Made by a program: the position numbers and the translations under genes
Notes under the pieces: generated by a model
Database searches by the model: none
Seen by the model: the letters and a program-made list of their open reading frames with translations, nothing else
What the model was told of the DNA's origin: nothing
Shown: positions 40,970 through 51,989 of the stretch, piece after piece
How positions within the stretch are numbered: position 1 is the stretch's first letter
Layout: every line of letters begins with the position of its first letter
Origin: an uncultured Methanosarcinales archaeon
GTDB taxonomy: Archaea; Nanobdellota; Nanobdellia; Woesearchaeales; JACPBV01
Assembly (NCBI GenBank): GCA_964609455.1
Contig: CAZSRD010000005.1
Coordinates: 4,878-68,877 of the forward strand
Direction of reading: 5' to 3'
Length of the DNA stretch: 64,000 nucleotides

Positions 40970-42865
40970 TTATCCCACATTCCTTACTTTCTCACCAAAT
41001 ATAAATATATATTTCCAGGCAAATCCCTGCTTTCTCTTTACTTGCACCTTAAAACCAGCTCTGTAAAAAATATCTATTATTTTTTTGTCATCGCTTAACC
41101 AATCTTTATTTGGGATAATATCAAAAAATTTATCATAATCCACAAAGCATATTTTAGAGCCTTTTTTGAGTCTTTTGTTCATGTGTTTTAATACTGCATG
41201 GATATCTTTGACATACCCTATTGTCCCTACTGAAACTGCTGTATGGAGCAATGGAACGTCTGGGTGCACTCTGCTATGGTGCTGCAGGTCATGAATGACC
41301 TTAACATGGGTATGGCCTTTTTTATCTAAACGCCGCTGAGTTATTTCAAGGTCTTTTTCTGAAATATCAGTAGCGTATACTTTTCCTTTTGGCCCTACTT
41401 CTTCTGCCAGATGCATTGTTAATGTGCCTACAGAGCATCCGAACTCCAGCACTATTTTTCCCTTTATATTTCCCAGCAATCTAATTATCTCTTTTCTGAC
41501 ACTTAATGGCAAGGCTAACCTTTCAGTCCATAAGACCAGATATGCTAAGAGGTTATTTGTTTTTCTAATTGCTTTTGGATTGTAGTAAAGCTCTAGCAGA
41601 AAGTATACTGGCGCTCCCAAAATTATTAATGAGACAGATAAAGCAATCAATTTTACTGCTTCTGCTTCTAATATAACCCACATAATCAATAAGGAGATCA
41701 TGACCAGTATCGTAATTATTGGGCCGACTTTGCCAAATGGGGCTTTGAAATGCCTTTTTAGTTCAGGCTTTTTAAATCTTAATACGACCAATGCCAACAA
41801 TACAGATATGTACATCACCAATACAAAGGGAAGCAGCATTAGAAGCAGCGTTCTATAAGCTCCAAGGCCAATTATCACTAAAAGGGAGGTTACAATTGTC
41901 TGGAAAACTATTGCTTTATGCGGTGTGTGATATTTTGGATGTATTGCTGAGAATTGTGTCAGGAATAGTCTGTCCCTAGCTAATGCCAATAATAATCTTG
42001 GCGCAGCAACTATCCAACTGGCGACTGCGCCGATAATTGCTAAATATATCCATAATGTAAATATGCTTCTTCCGATATTACCGAAATGTAGAGCACCAAG
42101 GTCGGATAATGGAGCAACGGATTTTGAGAATGTCTGCCAGGGTATGTTTCCAATAGATGTTATTACAAACAATAATGAAATTATGGATATACATATTGTT
42201 CCGATAATTAATGCTTTTGGCATTACCTTTTCCGGGTCTTTGGTTTCTTCTGCTAAGAATGTAGCTGACTCCCAACCAAAAAACGTTTCTTGTATGAAAT
42301 ATAATGTTATGAAAATAGCTGATGTTGGAAAAACCCAGAATGGCACAAAATTTTGAGGTTGTAGTTTGAATAATCCCGGGATTATCAATGAAAACACTGC
42401 TGATATAGCTATTATTGAAAAAGTAGCCAGCATGAAGGATGATGTTTTCATTCCCCTGTAAGCTATGCAGTTGAATGCCAAAATGAAAAATAAAGATAGC
42501 GCAGCTTTTTGCAAAGGCAAGTTATAGGGCAAGAGATATTGGATAGCGCCTACTACCAGCATAGCTATTGTTATATTCCCTGCTATGAGTGTGATCCATC
42601 CAATTATGAATGAAGTAAACCTTCCATAAGCTTGTTTTGCATATTCATAGACTCCTCCAGCTTTTGGAAACATTGAGACTAGTTCTGCAAAACACATTGA
42701 GATGTAGAGCGCTATTATAGACATTATTGCCCAGGAGATTATGGACATTGGGCCTGAGTATTTTGCGCCAACTGCTGGCAAGAAGTAGATTCCTGTGCCC
42801 ATTATTGCGTTGATTGTTATCAATAGGATAACCTTGAAGCCGAGTACCTGCTTTAGTTCTGCCAT
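40970..42865 (-). CDS. fusion protein: APC-family amino acid permease (12 TM) plus a C-terminal class I SAM-dependent methyltransferase
   Basis: N-terminal 430 aa is polytopic and typical of amino-acid transporters. C-terminal IVLEFGCSVGTLTMHLAEEVGPKGKVYATDISEKDL is MTase motif I, with further downstream MTase-like sequence. Confidence 0.7.
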   Translation of the reverse strand: MAELKQVLGFKVILLITINAIMGTGIYFLPAVGAKYSGPMSIISWAIMSIIALYISMCFAELVSMFPKAGGVYEYAKQAYGRFTSFIIGWITLIAGNITIAMLVVGAIQYLLPYNLPLQKAALSLFFILAFNCIAYRGMKTSSFMLATFSIIAISAVFSLIIPGLFKLQPQNFVPFWVFPTSAIFITLYFIQETFFGWESATFLAEETKDPEKVMPKALIIGTICISIISLLFVITSIGNIPWQTFSKSVAPLSDLGALHFGNIGRSIFTLWIYLAIIGAVASWIVAAPRLLLALARDRLFLTQFSAIHPKYHTPHKAIVFQTIVTSLLVIIGLGAYRTLLLMLLPFVLVMYISVLLALVVLRFKKPELKRHFKAPFGKVGPIITILVMISLLIMWVILEAEAVKLIALSVSLIILGAPVYFLLELYYNPKAIRKTNNLLAYLVLWTERLALPLSVRKEIIRLLGNIKGKIVLEFGCSVGTLTMHLAEEVGPKGKVYATDISEKDLEITQRRLDKKGHTHVKVIHDLQHHSRVHPDVPLLHTAVSVGTIGYVKDIHAVLKHMNKRLKKGSKICFVDYDKFFDIIPNKDWLSDDKKIIDIFYRAGFKVQVKRKQGFAWKYIFIFGEKVRNVG

Positions 42866-42947
42866 AGGCTGAATTTTATGTTTATTATTTATAAAATGTT
42901 CGTTTTTAGGAAAGACTTAAAAATAGATTATTATTTGCAGTACTAAT

Positions 42948-43562
42948 ATGGAAACATTGTTTATTGAGGCTAAATACGATAAGCCAATAAAGATTGGCAA
43001 AATAGCAGATAGATTGGAAGGCATAATTGGTCTAGTGAGCTCAATACAATTTTTGGAAGGCTTATCATTAATTAAGAAACAGTTGAAAAAAGCTGTTATT
43101 GGCGGTCAGATTTTAGGCTGTGATGTGAGTAACGCTTTGAAGATAAACAATAAGGTTGATTCGTTCTTATATATTGGTGATGGCAGTTTTCATCCATTGA
43201 AGGTTGCTTTAGAAACAAAGAAAGAAGTTTTTACATTTAACCCTTTTAGTAAAACTTTTGGTAAGATTGATAAGAAAGATGTTGAAAATTATAAAAAAAG
43301 GAAAAAAGGCGCTTTGCTGAAGTTTTTATCTGCTGATAATGTAGGTATATTGGTTTCAACAAAACCAGGTCAATATTATGATATTAAGAAGTTAAGTTTT
43401 TTAGAGAAAAAATATCCTAAGAAGAAATTTTACACATTTATTGCAGAAACAATTGATTATAGCCAATTAGAGAATTTTCCTTTTATACGAGCTTGGGTCA
43501 ATACTGCTTGCCCCAGGATTGATGAGGATATTTCTGTGGTTAATGTTGAAGAGATAAAATGA
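42948..43562 (+). CDS. N-terminally truncated Dph2-like protein (domains 2-3 only)
   Basis: GDGSFHPLKVALETKKEVFTFNPFSK and QLENFPFIRAWVNTACPRIDED align with archaeal Dph2 [26 protein letters not shown] and KLEGFPFEAYVVVACPRVPLDD. The first-domain Cys is absent. Confidence 0.4.
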   Translation: METLFIEAKYDKPIKIGKIADRLEGIIGLVSSIQFLEGLSLIKKQLKKAVIGGQILGCDVSNALKINNKVDSFLYIGDGSFHPLKVALETKKEVFTFNPFSKTFGKIDKKDVENYKKRKKGALLKFLSADNVGILVSTKPGQYYDIKKLSFLEKKYPKKKFYTFIAETIDYSQLENFPFIRAWVNTACPRIDEDISVVNVEEIK

Positions 43563-44746
43563 CAATAGAATTATTAAGCCCAGTGCAGGATTTTACTAGC
43601 TTAAAGGCTGCGATAGATGCTGGCGCAGATGCTGTTTATTTTGGGGTTAAAGAGCTAAATATGAGGCTGGGAGCTAAGAATTTTGAGCTAAAAGATACAA
43701 AAAAGGTTATAGATTTATGTCATAAAAATAAGGTTAAGGCTTATTTTACTTTGAATACAATCATTTATGATGATGAAATCAGTAAAGTAAGGAAAATTCT
43801 TGAAAAACTAAAAAAAGAAAAGATAGATGCTATAATTTGTTGGGATTTTTCTGTAATAACGGAATGTGAAAGATTAAATCTGCCTGTTCATTTGTCTACG
43901 CAAGCTTCTGTGAGCAATTTTGAAGCAATAAAGATTTTGAAAAATAGATTTAAAAATATAAAAAGAATAAATCTGGCAAGAGAGCTTTCTTTGGAGCAGA
44001 TAAAAAGTATAATTAAACAAATAAAAAAGAACAAATTAAATGTTGAGATTGAAACCTTTGTTCATGGAGCAATGTGTGTGAGCATTTCTGGAAGATGTTT
44101 TTTATCACAGGATATTTTTAATAAGTCCGCCAATAGAGGAGAGTGTTTGCAGCCATGCAGGCGCAAGTATCTTATTAAAGATGTTGAGGAGGATCATGAG
44201 TTAGAGTTAGGAGAAGATTATATCATTTCTCCAAAAGACCTTTGTGCAATTGAAATCATTGATAAACTGATTAAAGCCAGGATTGATGCTTTTAAAATAG
44301 AGGGAAGGAACAGGTCGCCAGAGTATGTCAAGGTTGTTACAGAATGTTATAAAAGAGCTATTGATAAAGGGTATAGTAAGGAATTATTGGATAAGCTGAA
44401 AACTGTATATAATCGTGGATTTTCAACTGGGTTTTATTTAGGCAAGCCAATGAATGAATGGGCGGGGGTTTATGGGAGTAAAGCGACAAAGAAAAAGATT
44501 TATATTGGCAAGGTAAGAAATTTCTATAAAAAAGTAAATGTTGCTGAAATTTTGATTGAGTCTTCAACATTAAAATTAGGCGATACTATAATGTTTCAGG
44601 GCCCAACTACTGGTGTTTTTGAGGAGAAAATAGTTTCAATGGAGAAACACCATAAAATGATTAAAAAAGCAAATAAGGGAGAGAGAATAGCAATTAAACT
44701 AAGGGGAAATGTAAGGGAGAATGACATGGTCTTTTTAATAAAATAA
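43559..44746 (+). CDS. peptidase U32-family protein
   Basis: U32 signature ETFVHGAMCVSISGRCFLS, plus CLQPCRR and IEGRNRSPEYV. Confidence 0.75.
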   Translation: MTIELLSPVQDFTSLKAAIDAGADAVYFGVKELNMRLGAKNFELKDTKKVIDLCHKNKVKAYFTLNTIIYDDEISKVRKILEKLKKEKIDAIICWDFSVITECERLNLPVHLSTQASVSNFEAIKILKNRFKNIKRINLARELSLEQIKSIIKQIKKNKLNVEIETFVHGAMCVSISGRCFLSQDIFNKSANRGECLQPCRRKYLIKDVEEDHELELGEDYIISPKDLCAIEIIDKLIKARIDAFKIEGRNRSPEYVKVVTECYKRAIDKGYSKELLDKLKTVYNRGFSTGFYLGKPMNEWAGVYGSKATKKKIYIGKVRNFYKKVNVAEILIESSTLKLGDTIMFQGPTTGVFEEKIVSMEKHHKMIKKANKGERIAIKLRGNVRENDMVFLIK

Positions 44747-44747
44747 T

Positions 44748-47700
44748 TTACTTCTTTCGGATATATAACCAGACGATTAAAGCAATAAGAGCAAGCATTA
44801 GGAAAAGCAATATAGTCTTTCCTTCATTTAATACACCCATTATTGTTTTTCCTGTTATGATAAAGAAACCATGTTCACTTTTTTCTACTCCTCCTCCCTC
44901 AATTTCAGTTATAGCTGGAGTTGTTTGTTCAATCTCTTCTGTTTGCCCTTCAACAACTTCCCCTGATTGACTTATTGTAAAATCCTGTTCTGTTGCGGAG
45001 ATTGCAAAAACAGAAAATCCAGGAGTGTAAGAAATATAATATGCGCTTTCATTTGTCTCTAGGTAACTGATTGTATCTAACTTATTCCATCCTTTGTTGT
45101 ACCTGTACATAGAAATTTGTCCTTTGGTAATGCCCTTGTCTTTTAACCATTGATTTTTTACTTTAAACCTTATTTCTACTGGTTGTGAAAGGTCACTTTC
45201 ATTTAGGTTTTCTGCTCCTAACTCCAGATATTGGTAAGCAGTTCCAGATATCTTAGGGTGCGATTGACTTTCATTTAAAACTTTAACATTGATCCTTACT
45301 TTGTCTAATCTTTTGTTAACCTTAAATCCTATTCTGTTGACTGCTATGTTTGGAGAGTTAATTGCCATTAATGGTGTTAGTGTCTCTGTTACCAAGACAA
45401 AGAACCTTGAAGCTTCGTTTGGGCTTTTTGCTGAAGTTCCCCCTCCACCGCCCCCTCCGCCACCACCACTACCCCCACCACCTCCTCCGCCGTCATTGTT
45501 ATTTGGCGCTGTATAGGTTAAGGACGCATTAACATAATTATTTGAATAGTCTATATTTAAATTTTTATTATCTGCATCGTCTAATGTGGTTACAACAAAA
45601 TGGTACGTTCCTGAGCTTGTCACAGATATTGAAGTTCTATTTGTGGAAACAGTTGCTGCGCTATATCCTACTATTGATTCATTTGCTAAGCTTTTGGATG
45701 AATTGAAATTTGCCCCATAATAGGCAACGTAACGGAGATTTTGGAAGTCTGAATTGCCACTTATATCTGTACTTACATTAACCCATGTTAATGTGGCAGT
45801 ATCTCCTGATGCAGATACCTGCAGGCTTGTTACTTTGTTCGGGGTTATTGTGTCATTTGCAGTACTCCCTAATGAGTTTGACATTACAGAATCATTATAA
45901 TTGCCGTATGAGTCAACGGTGACAAGAGCATACCAATAAGTTGTCCCGTGAGTTGTGGTGGTATCTTCGTAAAATTGCGTTCCTTCGGCAACCCCTGTTG
46001 TTATGTTTACTATAGAGATGTTTATTAAATTTATTTGGCTGCTGAACCTGTAGAGCCTGTATGTTTCTCCTGTTTCATTGCCGTCATCATTCCATACAAT
46101 TTCTATATTGCCGTCTGAGTCAGAATCTGAAACAGATGTTAGTGTTGGGTGTGTTGTAGGAGCTAATGTGCCTGTATAGGTGATATTGGTTGAGTTATAC
46201 CATATACTCCACTTATAGCCGTCATTAACCCTGATTGAGAATAGCCAAACTTCACCTTCTGATAAATTGCCAGAGCTTATTGTTGTTAAATTATCTAAAC
46301 CAGGCACATATTTGCTGTTATTGAACCATCTTGTTTCGTTAAATGTATTTGGGTCATTATCAACATCAGAATAATCAAACCTAGCTACTAAATCATTACC
46401 AGATATTACACTTGCATTTTCAACTGTTGGTGGTGTGTTTTCTACTGTGAAGCTCCATTCATCTGTCATATTTATGTTATTGTTTGTATCATTGCAGTAG
46501 AATTTCCACGATATAACTTTACTTCGTGTTGAGGTTACGACTTTGTAAATGCTTATTGGGTAAAACGTTACAATTGGCGTTGTGTTTGTGGTGTTAACCC
46601 AAGAGCCAGTATCATTCCATGAAAACACATAAGCTGACAGCCCAATAGCGTCATTGCAGGTTATATTGAATTGGATTACATCATTATTTTTTGGAGATGT
46701 ATTGTTAGTTGCGTTGTTTGACCATGTTGGGGGAATAGTGTCTAATGAAGCAAGAGCTGCAAAAATATCTATTCTTGAAAAATTATAACCACTCCCCCCA
46801 GAATCACCAATAATTTTGCCTGTATTATTTAATGTCCTTTTTATTTGGTTAGGTGTTAAAGTAGTTCCATTCTCTAACTTTTTAAACTGAAATAATAAAG
46901 CTACTGCCCCCGCAACATGCGGCGTTGACATTGATGTTCCATCCAGTTCTTGGGTGGCATCATTTGGGTATGTTGAGGTTATATCTACGCCAGGCGCCAA
47001 TAATTCAAAGAGAGCCCCCCCTTTGATAAGTTATAGAATCTGCATCATTTACTGCTCCAACTGCTGTGGCATTCTCTACACATGCAGGGGAAGAAGGGCC
47101 TGCCGTACAAGATTGGCCTGGACATTGGGCTTGATTGCAGTTACCCGCCGCTATTGTAACAACAATACCCTGACCTACCGCAGTATTAATGGATGAAGCC
47201 TCGCTATCAGTATTGCAGTAAGTAGTATGATTAGAGCAATCCCCTAAACTCAGGGTAATGACTGAAATATTAAATTTTGAAGCATTATTAGTGCACCAAT
47301 CAATTCCTGCAATTATATCATCACTCCATCCTGATCCTGTAGAATCCAAAACTTTGACTGCAATTATTTTGGCGTCTGGCGCAACCCCCTTATATATGCT
47401 GTTAGTAGAAGCAACTATTCCTGTGACATGTGTCCCATGACCATGGTCATCAAAGCAAGCACTATTATTCAAACTACATTCCTCTGTGTCAGCCCCCTGA
47501 TTCAGCGACCTATACCCCCCAATAACCTTATTCCCCCAACCACCACCTAGATCAGAATGATTATAATCAACGCCAGTATCAATCACACAAACTGTTTCAC
47601 CCACACCAGTTATATTTGTTCCGTTAAGAACTATGCCCCATGAACTATTTGCCTTAATAAGTGGTGCACTATTATCTAGAGTTGCATAAACCCGTTTGTT

Positions 47701-48147
47701 AAGTTGTATGCTCTTTACGTTAGAATCATCCACCAATTTTTCAAGGCCATGTTTAGTTATTTTTCCAGAGAATCCATTTACAGTAGAATATTTATGCTTC
47801 AATTTAAAATCCACATTATCTATATCAAAAAATGAACTATTTTTAGTTTGTTTTTTATAGTCTTCCATATTTAACTTTGAAAGAACCCTCTCTTGCTGTT
47901 CCCCCACCATTAGTTTTTTCTGTTCTAAGCCAGCTTTTTTTGCTTCATTAACCTGCATAAATGGAGCATCTGTTTGTGATATAAGTTCAGGCTCGTCTTT
48001 TAACATTACAATTACGGAAGCCTCCCCTTTATCTTCCAACTCCCCTCCAATTAAAGGGTCTACTCTTTCCGCATAAATTAGTTTTGTAGCTATTAACAAG
48101 AATACTAAAATCAAAAACCCCTTTTTTATTCTATTACTACAGCACAT
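44748..48147 (-). pseudogene. subtilisin-like S8 protease with a C-terminal transmembrane anchor, split by a +1 frameshift in a G7 homopolymer (C7 on the plus strand at 47015-47021)
   Basis: Upstream fragment 47005-48147 has VIDTGVDYNHSDL (Asp) and HGHGTHVTGIVAS (His). Downstream fragment 44748-47000 begins APGVDITS...GTSMSTPHVAG (Ser). Removing one G fuses the frames. A poly-Gly linker and a C-terminal TM helix follow. Confidence 0.7.
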
Positions 48148-48395
48148 TTGTTACCAGCACACTCGCAATGACCTTGCCCACAATCCATTGTTTCAGGAGC
48201 ACATTCCATTGAACACATTAAGCCTTCGCAATCCGGTCGATAATTTATGTTTACACATGAAGAAGGATGACAACAAGTTGCAGGAATACAGTTGGAATCT
48301 TTATTACAATATATCTTCTCTGGAATATCTTCTTTACAGCCATTAATTAAAATCAAAAACATTAAAAGCATTACAATTAAAAATATTTTATTCAT
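48126..48395 (-). CDS. small secreted Cys-rich protein, lipoprotein-like
   Basis: Signal sequence MNKIFLIVMLLMFLILINGC, then 14 Cys in 65 aa. Confidence 0.4.
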   Translation of the reverse strand: MNKIFLIVMLLMFLILINGCKEDIPEKIYCNKDSNCIPATCCHPSSCVNINYRPDCEGLMCSMECAPETMDCGQGHCECAGNKCAVVIE

Positions 48396-48579
48396 TTTCT
48401 TTCCTCCTCCAAGAATTTTTTCATAAAGTTTTCAATCTGCTTTGACATTATAAGGCCTTTTTCTTTGCATGCTTTAACATATTTAGAATAAACACCAGAA
48501 TCGACATTCATTGAAATAATCTGTTTGGGCATGCTTTATATAATCTTATATAAGCTTATATATAAAGGTTACTATTCCT

Positions 48580-49500
48580 TTAAGTCCAAACTTCTATCCT
48601 ATTTGAGCTTCTTGGCTCCAGCATAGAAGAGCCAATTCCTTTTCCAACAAAAAAGGATTTCTCGTTCATAATTTCACTTAAGACGTCAAGAAGGCTTGTT
48701 TTTTCAGCAAATTCGCTTGTTTCTGCAGTTATATTGAGCCTGTCTTCAATAAATTTAATTGCTTCTTCTTTTCCACCAAATTCGTCAATCAACCCTGCTT
48801 CTTTTGCTTCTATTCCTGAGAATATCTTTGCTGTTTTTACCTCTTCTATCCTTTCTTTAGGCAGGTTTCTATTTTTTAAAACATCATCCAAAAAATATTC
48901 CTGCATTAAGTCAATTTGTTTTTGAAGTATCCTTTCCTCATCATATGTCAGTTCTTTGAAAGGACTTCCTATATCTTTGTATTTTCCTGCAACCAGCCTT
49001 TGGTAGGTTACGTTATAATCTTTTAATAGCCCTGAGAATTCCATATAGGATCCGATAACTCCTACAGAACCGGTAATGGACATTCTACTGGCAAATATAT
49101 AATCTGTTGCAGATGCAACCCAATAAGCTCCTGAAGCGCCAATATCTTTTATATAAGCTACGCTTGTTTTATTCAATTTTTTAATTGCTGATACAATCTC
49201 TTCTGATCCAACAGGGGTCCCCCCTGGAGAGTTGATTTCAAAGATTACTGCCTTTATTTTTGGGTTTCTATCAGCTTCTTCTATGAATCCCACAATAGAT
49301 GGCGCAGATGCTATTGACTGCCCAAAACTTCTTGTTTTTTCTGACATTATAACTCCACTTATAGGTATTATTGCTACGTTTCCATCTATAATATCTGTTC
49401 CTATGAAAAAAGATATAATCCAAGAGACAACAAAACTTATTATTGCCAATATTAAAATCAATTTAATAGCTGTATGCCATTTGCTTTTTTGTTTTTCCAT
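48580..49500 (-). CDS. sppA: signal peptide peptidase SppA (S49 family)
   Basis: N-terminal TM helix. IKDIGASGAYWVASATDYIFASRMSITGSVGVIG is the S49 catalytic Ser region. Confidence 0.8.
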   Translation of the reverse strand: MEKQKSKWHTAIKLILILAIISFVVSWIISFFIGTDIIDGNVAIIPISGVIMSEKTRSFGQSIASAPSIVGFIEEADRNPKIKAVIFEINSPGGTPVGSEEIVSAIKKLNKTSVAYIKDIGASGAYWVASATDYIFASRMSITGSVGVIGSYMEFSGLLKDYNVTYQRLVAGKYKDIGSPFKELTYDEERILQKQIDLMQEYFLDDVLKNRNLPKERIEEVKTAKIFSGIEAKEAGLIDEFGGKEEAIKFIEDRLNITAETSEFAEKTSLLDVLSEIMNEKSFFVGKGIGSSMLEPRSSNRIEVWT

Positions 49501-49504
49501 CTTA

Positions 49505-50023
49505 TCACCTTATTATATATTCTTCAACGGTTTTTGTTTTGCTTAAAATCTCGCTTAAGCGCTGGTTTGTTTTTGTCAAAAATAAGAATAATGGATCAAG
49601 AACCCATAGCAGAAAAAAAGGGAAAATTGGTATAATAAACAGGCTTCTCACCAAGTATTGCCAAAATCTTACTTCTTTTTTTTCTCCAATTACAGAAATT
49701 TTTAACAGCATTTTTCCGGGGGTTTGCTGGATTTTATATTCTAACAATGCAAAATAAAATAATGCAAATATTGACATTGCTAAGGATACAACAGTCAATG
49801 CTTGTGTATAACTTTGATTTGATATAAGATAAGCATAGGTTTCTGAGAATGAGCCAAATTCAGGCATGGAACTTTGTATCAATCTTTTGAAAGGAAAGAA
49901 CAACACCAAATTTATGATTAAAAAATCTGTTAAGAAAGCAAGAAACCTTTTCCAGACTAAAGCTGGCCCTTTAAATGTCCTTTCTTCAGGCAGATTTAAG
50001 CCTCTTTTTTTCATATTAAACAA
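49505..50023 (-). CDS. RDD-family membrane protein
   Basis: WKRFLAFLTDFLIINLV plus further TM helices. Confidence 0.5.
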   Translation of the reverse strand: MFNMKKRGLNLPEERTFKGPALVWKRFLAFLTDFLIINLVLFFPFKRLIQSSMPEFGSFSETYAYLISNQSYTQALTVVSLAMSIFALFYFALLEYKIQQTPGKMLLKISVIGEKKEVRFWQYLVRSLFIIPIFPFFLLWVLDPLFLFLTKTNQRLSEILSKTKTVEEYIIR

Positions 50024-50150
50024 ATAAAGTCAAGTTGTATAAAAAGCTTATGTTATAGAAAGTTGCTTGTAAATTACAAGCAAGTTCTTGCACATCTAAA
50101 ATCAAGATTTTCGTAAGGTTTTTAAACATATCATATATACTTTCATATTA

Positions 50151-50495
50151 ATGAGTAAAAAGAAGGAAGAACAAGCAAGAGAAGAAGACCTACAGAATCA
50201 GATTTCTAGGATTCACTTGCCTAGAGGTGTACAACTCTTTGGTATTGTTGAGTCAAGATTAGGCGGATCTAGGATGCGTATAAGGTGTTTTGATGGCAAA
50301 GTAAGGATATGCAGGATACCAGGCAGGCTAAAAAGAAGATTGTGGGTAAGGGCTGGTGATTTAGTTATAGTTGAGCCTTGGGAGTTTAGCGGAGATGGCA
50401 AAGGAGATGTTCTTTACAAATATACTAATGCTCAAATGGCTTTCCTAAGAAGGAAAGGTTATCTGAAAAAAATGGATGAATTTGAGGAGTTTTAA
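50151..50495 (+). CDS. eif1a: translation initiation factor aIF-1A
   Basis: OB-fold sequence GVQLFGIVESRLGGSRMRIRCFDGKVRICRIPGRLKRRLWVRAGDLVIV. Confidence 0.85.
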   Translation: MSKKKEEQAREEDLQNQISRIHLPRGVQLFGIVESRLGGSRMRIRCFDGKVRICRIPGRLKRRLWVRAGDLVIVEPWEFSGDGKGDVLYKYTNAQMAFLRRKGYLKKMDEFEEF

Positions 50496-50517
50496 AAAAT
50501 AAATAAAGGTGGTATAG

Positions 50518-50712
50518 ATGGCAAAATACAAAGTAGAAGTGGACGAGGAAAAGTGCATAGGGTGCGGAGCATGTGTTGCTCAATGTGACAATTTTGAGAT
50601 GAATGGGGACAAAGCAGTTCCAAAAGAGGCAGAGGTTGATGATATTAGCTGCAATAAAGATGCTGAAGATGCATGCCCTGTTCAGGCTATAAAAGTTACA
50701 GAGATGGAATAA
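50518..50712 (+). CDS. small ferredoxin (4Fe-4S)
   Basis: CIGCGACVAQC...CP cluster-binding pattern. A GGTGG ribosome-binding site lies upstream. Confidence 0.7.
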   Translation: MAKYKVEVDEEKCIGCGACVAQCDNFEMNGDKAVPKEAEVDDISCNKDAEDACPVQAIKVTEME

Positions 50713-50924
50713 TGGCTGATAAAATTAATGGAGATATGACTTTCCAGCAGGTTCTGGAAAAATACCCTAAAACAGCAGCAATAATGATGAAACACGGCCT
50801 TCATTGCATAGGATGCCATATGTCAGCTATGGAGACAATAGAGCAGGGATGTATGGGCCATGGTATGGATGAAGAAGCAATGAAGAAGATGCTTAAAGAG
50901 ATGAACGATTCAATTAAAGATTAA
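50712..50924 (+). CDS. DUF1858-like small redox protein (CxxC); start placed at MADKING
   Basis: MTFQQVLEKYPKTAAIMMKHGLHCIGCHMSAMETIEQGC. Confidence 0.5.
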   Translation: MADKINGDMTFQQVLEKYPKTAAIMMKHGLHCIGCHMSAMETIEQGCMGHGMDEEAMKKMLKEMNDSIKD

Positions 50925-50957
50925 GTTTTTAAATGATATTTCTATTCTTTTTATAAT

Positions 50958-51605
50958 ATGAAAAACATACCTAAAATAATGCAAATTCTTAATAAACATT
51001 TCAATTTTACAGAGAGAACAACATTGAATAGAATGCGTAAAAAACCAGATGCATATAAAATTCTTATATCTTGTTTGCTGTCTTTGAGGACAAAGGACCA
51101 GAATACAGAAAAGGTTTCTAGACAGTTATTTGCAGTTGCAGACACTCCTCAGGAGATAGTTAAGATACCAATAAGAAGATTAGAAAAGCTTATATTTTCA
51201 TCAGGGCATTATAAGAAAAAAGCACGAACATTAAAACATGTGTCCTCTGAGCTGATTAAAAGATTTGATGGAAAAGTTCCAAATGATAAGGGGAGTCTTC
51301 TTTCGATTAAAGGAATTGGCCCAAAAACAGCGAATATTGTTTTGAATTTTGCATTTGGTCAGGATGTGATTCCTGTTGATGTGCATTGCCATAGAATTCC
51401 CAACAGATTAGGGTGGGTTAAGACAAAAACACCAGAGAAAACAGAAAAAGCTTTGGAGAAAATATTGCCTAGGAAGTATTGGAAAGAATTTAACGGCATC
51501 TTTGTATTGTTTGGAAAGACAATCTGCCAGCCTGTAAGCCCTTGGTGCAGCAAGTGTCCTGTAAGCAAGTATTGTCCAAGGATTAATGTTAAGAGAAGCA
51601 GATAA
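50958..51605 (+). CDS. nth: endonuclease III (HhH-GPD DNA glycosylase with a 4Fe-4S cluster)
   Basis: LLSLRTKDQNT, GIGPKTANIVL, VDVHCHRI, and CQPVSPWCSKCPVSKYC. Confidence 0.85.
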   Translation: MKNIPKIMQILNKHFNFTERTTLNRMRKKPDAYKILISCLLSLRTKDQNTEKVSRQLFAVADTPQEIVKIPIRRLEKLIFSSGHYKKKARTLKHVSSELIKRFDGKVPNDKGSLLSIKGIGPKTANIVLNFAFGQDVIPVDVHCHRIPNRLGWVKTKTPEKTEKALEKILPRKYWKEFNGIFVLFGKTICQPVSPWCSKCPVSKYCPRINVKRSR

Positions 51606-51950
51606 TCATTTTTTTTTCTTAATCTTCTTCAAATATCCATCAACATCTTTTGGTTTTTTGAAAATAACCTTGGCAAACTCTTCTTCATGAGCCTCGCACT
51701 CATGGGTTCCATGATCCTTGCATACCTGAGGCCTTTTGTCATAGATTTTGCATTTATCATCATCATCAAGAAATTTGCATTTCGTCCTTACTTCAACATT
51801 CCATTCACCTTCAAGATCCTTATATATCATGACTCCCTTATGCAACAACATCCACTTTACTTCATCCCAGCTTTCTTTGTCCTTAGGGTCCTTTAAAGTT
51901 ACGGTAATGTACCTGCAGCATTCTCCATTGCATTCTTCACATGAAACCAT
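51606..51950 (-). CDS. YkgJ/UPF0153-like Cys-cluster protein
   Basis: CEECNGECC followed by additional Cys and His. Confidence 0.5.
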   Translation of the reverse strand: MVSCEECNGECCRYITVTLKDPKDKESWDEVKWMLLHKGVMIYKDLEGEWNVEVRTKCKFLDDDDKCKIYDKRPQVCKDHGTHECEAHEEEFAKVIFKKPKDVDGYLKKIKKKK

Positions 51951-51989
51951 TTTTATGAAATACCCAATAGCTTATATTTAAAGTTATGT

